Part shown: positions 24,027 through 27,788 of the stretch, one piece after another
Numbering within the stretch: the stretch's first letter is position 1
Layout: each line of letters begins with the position of its first letter
Source of the DNA: Crocosphaera sp.
GTDB taxonomy: Bacteria > Cyanobacteriota > Cyanobacteriia > Cyanobacteriales > Microcystaceae
Length of the DNA stretch: 27,788 bases
Direction: 5' to 3'
Assembly: GCA_030066295.1 (NCBI GenBank)
Contig: JASJBX010000016.1
Span: 1-27,788, forward strand
Notes under the pieces: model-generated
The model's input: only the letters and a program-made list of their open reading frames with translations
Databases searched by the model: none
What the model was told of the DNA's origin: nothing
Made by a program: the position numbers and the translations under genes

Positions 24027-25474
24027 GGCTGTGTGGCTGTGTCAATAATGACATTAACTTGTAGGTGGGTGAGTTGGGCAACTCGTCGACTATCTTCCGG
24101 GGTGAGGCGCACCTTAACTTCTACTACTCTAGCATCCACATCAGCCGTCGGATTCGTCCCCAAAACCCGTTGGCGATCGACTTGTAAGCCAATTTCCTCC
24201 ACCGTTCCTTGTAATTCTTCCGTAATGCCGTCGGTCATGATCGTGGCCGGTTGTCCCTGTTGCACTCGCATGATATCGCTTTCGTAAACCTCTGCGGTTA
24301 CATACATCTGAGCCGTTTCCCCTAAGTCCACAATGCCCCGATTTTGCACCATTTCCCCGGGCCAGGTATGAACTTCGAGGATTTGACCATCCCTAGGGGC
24401 CCTAACATAAGAAAGATCCAGATTAGCCTTGGCCTGTTTTACCATGGCTTCAGCTGCCGACAGTTCGCTTTGAGCCACTTGTACATCCACAGGCCGCACT
24501 TCTGCCACAGCATTGAGTCTTGCTTGGTTTTCAGCAATTTGGCTGTCTAAGGTGGCAATGGTTCGGTTTAAATTGGCCTTAGCGGCCCGAATTTGGTCTT
24601 GAAGGGTGTTAACAATCCGTTCTAAGTTGGCTTGGGCCTCTCTGAGTTGCTGTTGCGTAATTTCTTGTTGTAAACAGATGCGATCGTATTCTTGAGCCGA
24701 AACCGCCCCATTTTCATATAACGTAGCGTAGCGTTGGCACTCAGTGGTCTTATTGGCTAATTCCGCCTTTAACCGTTCAATGGTGGCTTGTTGTGCTGAC
24801 TTTTCTCCGAGGAATTGGGACTCTAAATTAGAGATAGTGGAGCGTTGCATGGCAATTTGTCCTTCTAACTCCGCCTTCGTCCCCAGAAACCGAGCCTTTT
24901 GGGCGTGAATCTCCCCTTGTTTGGCTCCGGCTCGAACCTTAGCCAAGTTAGCTTTGGCAACCGCCACCTGAGTTTCGGCTTGGTCTAGGGCGGCTTTAAG
25001 CCGATAATGGTTATCGAGAATGGCAATAATATCCCGGGCTTGAACGCGATCGCCTCTTCTAACTCGTAATTCCATCACCCTGGCCCCTTCCAGAAACGCA
25101 GGAGCCGACACTTGAATGATATCTCCTTGGGGTTCTAAATAACCCAAAGCAGAAATTCTCGTGGGTAAAGAAGACGTTTCTGGGGTTCCTGGGATGGCAG
25201 CAGGGGGGGATTGACGATTGATGAGTAGGGAACTGTAAACAGCCGTCACACCGAGGCTGAGCAAGCCCACCACGGTCAAAAACAACAATTTTGAACGCCA
25301 GGGTTTTCGCTGGTATTTGTGATCGGGGGGGTTCCCATTGGTGAATTGTCCTTCTAGGGGCGAAGGTTGTGGGAAATCACTTTGCGTCATGGTATCAACT
25401 TGAGAACGATAAGGGTTAGGGTGATCATTACCCTTATTAACGTTCCCAATAATTCCTTCTGAAGTATAGTTCAT
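24023..25474 (-). CDS. devB: DevB-type HlyD-family membrane fusion (periplasmic adaptor) protein
   Basis: N-terminal TM (LLFLTVVGLLSLGVTAVY), a long coiled-coil (AKANLAKVRAG...LREAQANL...) and beta-barrel/lipoyl-like flanks. I prefer the ATG at 25474 (MNYTSEG), with GAGG about 12 nt upstream, over the track's GTG at 25513. Overlaps devA by 4 nt. Confidence 0.8.
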   Translation of the reverse strand: MNYTSEGIIGNVNKGNDHPNPYRSQVDTMTQSDFPQPSPLEGQFTNGNPPDHKYQRKPWRSKLLFLTVVGLLSLGVTAVYSSLLINRQSPPAAIPGTPETSSLPTRISALGYLEPQGDIIQVSAPAFLEGARVMELRVRRGDRVQARDIIAILDNHYRLKAALDQAETQVAVAKANLAKVRAGAKQGEIHAQKARFLGTKAELEGQIAMQRSTISNLESQFLGEKSAQQATIERLKAELANKTTECQRYATLYENGAVSAQEYDRICLQQEITQQQLREAQANLERIVNTLQDQIRAAKANLNRTIATLDSQIAENQARLNAVAEVRPVDVQVAQSELSAAEAMVKQAKANLDLSYVRAPRDGQILEVHTWPGEMVQNRGIVDLGETAQMYVTAEVYESDIMRVQQGQPATIMTDGITEELQGTVEEIGLQVDRQRVLGTNPTADVDARVVEVKVRLTPEDSRRVAQLTHLQVNVIIDTATQP

Positions 25475-25567
25475 TGGATGAAATTTCCTCACTGACACCT
25501 GCTTAAGCCACACAGTACAAGCTTAATGCCAAAATGTTAAAATCTTGTCAGGACTATTTAAAATGGC

Positions 25568-26731
25568 ATGAAACTTAAACACTCTTTAGCCTGGTTGCAA
25601 CTGAAGCGGGAGAAATTACGCTTGATTGTTGCCATATCTGGGGTTGCTTTTTCTAATATTCTGATGTTTATGCAGCTAGGATTTGAAGGAGCGTTATACG
25701 AAAGTAATACTCGTTTACACTCTAGTTTAGATGCGGATTTACTGATGCTGAACCGTCGTTCTAAATCCTTGGCCTATTCTTATGTGTTTTCCCGTCGTCG
25801 TCTTTATCAAGCTTTAAGTTTTGAAGAAGTTGAAGGGGCCAGCGAATTTTATGTGGAATATGGGATCTGGAAAAATGCCCAAACCAATGAGTATCGTCCT
25901 ATTTTTGTCTTTGGGTTTGACCCCGATAAACCCACCTTTACCCTCCCAGAAGTGAACCAACATTTAGAGGATCTCAAAAAGCCAGATCGGATTCTCTTTG
26001 ATCGTCAAGCTAAACCAGATTATGGCCCGATCGCCAGGAATTATTTGCAGAATCAAACCTCGGTTAATGAGTTGAACGATCGTCGCGTGGAAACGGTGGG
26101 TTTATTTACGTTGGGACCTTCTTTTGCTGCAGATGGGAATATTATTACCAGTGATACCAATTTTCAGGAGGTTTTTAAGTTATTTCGACATCATCGTATT
26201 GGTTATATTAATCTTGGCTTAATTCGACTGAAACCCGGGGCTGATGCCAAAACGGTTAAGGCCAATTTACAGGCTTATTTACCCAATGATGTCATTATCT
26301 TAACCAAGCAAGAATTTATTGATTTTGAAAAGACCTATTGGCGCACCACTACCCCCATCGGTTTTATGTTTCGTTTGGGAACTATTGTCGGGTTTGTGGT
26401 GGGAACGGTGATTGTCTATCAAATTATTCAAACCGATGTCAACGACCATTTACCCCAGTACGCCACCCTCAAAGCGATCGGTTATACCAATAATTATTTA
26501 TTAGGGGTTGTGTTTCATGAAACGATTATGTTAGCTGTTTTGGGTTATCTTCCTGGGGTGGGCATTTCCTTTGCTCTCTATCAAGTCTCAAAAGCAGCCA
26601 CCTTACTGCCCATGCAGTTAACCATAACCCGCATGATTGTTGTCTTCTGTTTAACGGTGGCCATGTGTTGTTTGTCGGGTGCGATCGCCATTCGCAAACT
26701 AAAAGAAGCCGATCCGGCTGATATTTTCTGA
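25568..26731 (+). CDS. devC: DevC-type ABC exporter permease (FtsX/MacB-like)
   Basis: 387 aa. N-terminal TM, a large periplasmic domain, then three C-terminal TM helices (FtsX-like, ...LKAIGYTNNYLLGVV...). Divergent from devBA. Confidence 0.8.
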   Translation: MKLKHSLAWLQLKREKLRLIVAISGVAFSNILMFMQLGFEGALYESNTRLHSSLDADLLMLNRRSKSLAYSYVFSRRRLYQALSFEEVEGASEFYVEYGIWKNAQTNEYRPIFVFGFDPDKPTFTLPEVNQHLEDLKKPDRILFDRQAKPDYGPIARNYLQNQTSVNELNDRRVETVGLFTLGPSFAADGNIITSDTNFQEVFKLFRHHRIGYINLGLIRLKPGADAKTVKANLQAYLPNDVIILTKQEFIDFEKTYWRTTTPIGFMFRLGTIVGFVVGTVIVYQIIQTDVNDHLPQYATLKAIGYTNNYLLGVVFHETIMLAVLGYLPGVGISFALYQVSKAATLLPMQLTITRMIVVFCLTVAMCCLSGAIAIRKLKEADPADIF

Positions 26732-26760
26732 TCTTAATTTTGAAAAAAAAAATTTTTTAA

Positions 26761-26788
26761 TTGACGTGGTATTTTTCAACTTTATAGG
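26761..26788 (+). promoter_or_regulatory. Candidate sigma-70-type promoter of the PEP-CTERM gene, with an upstream A/T tract
   Basis: TTGACG (26761-26766), 16-nt spacer, TATAGG (26783-26788). Preceded by A10T6 (26743-26758), which could act as an UP-like element. No experimental support. Confidence 0.3.
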
Positions 26789-26864
26789 TTAGAATTACCT
26801 ACCAAAGACCAAAAACTTTTTTAAGCGTCTTTAAAATCACATAGTTAACATAGGGTAACTACTC

Positions 26865-27788
26865 ATGAAAAATAACATCCTTAAATTATTAGGGGTAGTC
26901 GGTGTCACTGTAGGAATGACTACAATGAGTACTGCTGCTCAAGCCTCACAACTGGGACCCGGTCGTACTGACTTAAGAGCGAATACAGGGGTCTTCTTCA
27001 CCAACAACATCGTCGACTTTTTACAGTCCCCTGTTACTTTTCCTAAAGCACCCTTAGGTCAACCTGGAGACGGGGTAACAACTACGCTTCCTTGTACTTT
27101 TTTCGGTTGTGCCGCTGGTGTTTTTGGAATCATTCCTGAGTCTTTTCCTCCTGCTCCTAATCCTAATGAGAATGAGGCGTTCACTCCTTCTCCTCAGCAA
27201 GAAATTCTCGACAAACTTGGGGCACGTACCTTTGTAGATGCAGATGTCTTACTGAGTGACATCTTTGTAACCCTTCCAGAAGTTGTTGGCCAAAGAACAG
27301 AAGGTAATGCCACCATCACAGAAGTTGAATTAAATGAAGTTATTACTTTTTTACAATTTGATACTGATGGTGATGGTCTATTTGGATCTGACGACAATGT
27401 TGAAGAGTACGACTTCGAGTACTTTCTGAGCTCATTTACCAGAACAGTAACTCCTGGTGAAGATGGTGGATTTAACGTATCCTTCGATCTTGTGGGATAT
27501 TTCAGAGATTACAAAACAGTCAATGGTGGCGCGGGATTCAAAGATACACCTAGTATTATTTCCCTGTTCAATGGAGCCACTGATGTCGATCCTAATACCC
27601 TTCCTTTCTTAACTGAGGAGCAGTATAATGCTCTACCTGGAGAAACTCCTGGTCAAATAGCATTCTTAGCTGGTGCTGATGGTGTTATTACCACTGAAGG
27701 ACGCGTTCCTGAACCTGGTACCATCCTTGGCTTAACTGCTTTAGCCGGACTTGGTTTAGGTAGTCGCTTAAAGCGTAAGAGTAAATAG
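26865..27788 (+). CDS. PEP-CTERM sorting-domain secreted protein
   Basis: Signal peptide: MKNNILKLLGVVGVTVGMTTMSTAAQA. C-terminal VPEPGTILGLTALAGLGLGSRLKRKSK, that is a PEP motif, a TM helix and a basic tail. Internal DTDGDGLFGSDDN acidic loop. The stop TAG is at the window end. Confidence 0.8.
   Translation: MKNNILKLLGVVGVTVGMTTMSTAAQASQLGPGRTDLRANTGVFFTNNIVDFLQSPVTFPKAPLGQPGDGVTTTLPCTFFGCAAGVFGIIPESFPPAPNPNENEAFTPSPQQEILDKLGARTFVDADVLLSDIFVTLPEVVGQRTEGNATITEVELNEVITFLQFDTDGDGLFGSDDNVEEYDFEYFLSSFTRTVTPGEDGGFNVSFDLVGYFRDYKTVNGGAGFKDTPSIISLFNGATDVDPNTLPFLTEEQYNALPGETPGQIAFLAGADGVITTEGRVPEPGTILGLTALAGLGLGSRLKRKSK

Noticed and set aside
23979-24550. Plus-strand ORFs 23979..24287 and 24344..24550
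   Set aside because: They are antisense to devA/devB. The Arg/Ser/Thr-rich translation is typical of the reverse frame of a coiled-coil gene.
25475-25513. GTG start at 25513 for devB
   Set aside because: The extension MWLKQVSVRKFHP overlaps the likely RBS (GAGG at 25487-25490) of the ATG at 25474. The shorter form is preferred, though it is not proven.
26743-26758. A10T6 tract after devC considered as a terminator
   Set aside because: It can only form an all-A:T hairpin with no GC stem, so it is unlikely to be an intrinsic terminator. It is more plausibly curved, UP-like DNA upstream of the next promoter.
27194-27397. 67-aa minus-strand ORF inside the PEP-CTERM gene
   Set aside because: It is an antisense shadow ORF.

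Overview
This is a cyanobacterial chromosomal segment. The evidence is twelve full HIP1 palindromes (GCGATCGC), an aas-type acyl-ACP synthetase, a devBCA-type exporter, a group-2 sigma factor and a PEP-CTERM protein. Left end (about 0.3-3.5 kb): a tandem-domain, animal-type 6-pyruvoyl-tetrahydropterin synthase gene. Its 5' end is occupied by a complete group II intron with an RT/maturase/HNH ORF, a textbook 34-nt domain V and a GTGCG 5' end. The annotated ATG of the PTPS ORF lies inside intron domain VI. Middle (about 3.5-12.2 kb): an accessory stretch resembling a conflict system. It holds a small secreted protein, a zinc-ribbon Ser/Thr kinase fused to about 14 WD40 repeats, and a 141-codon ORF. 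That ORF overlaps an NB-ARC (STAND/NLR-like) ATPase with TPR repeats and a C-terminal TM helix, and the overlap sits exactly at a canonical -1 slippery heptamer, A_AAA_AAG. Toxin-antitoxin loci follow: hicBA, a decayed higA-like stub facing a truncated hepT next to an intact mntA, then hicAB. I consider the kinase-WD40 / N-module / NB-ARC-TPR-TM block, with its possible recoding site, the most likely novel system in the window. Right part (12.2-27.8 kb) is mostly ordinary. It carries aas, a coiled-coil protein, a two-component cluster (NarL-type RR, SBP-PAS-GAF hybrid kinase, REC-GGDEF-EAL), a CNNM/DUF21-CBS protein, an unannotated 46-aa membrane peptide, a group-2 sigma factor, devB-devA with a divergent devC, and a PEP-CTERM protein. 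All calls rest on reading motifs in the supplied translations and DNA. No database search was possible.
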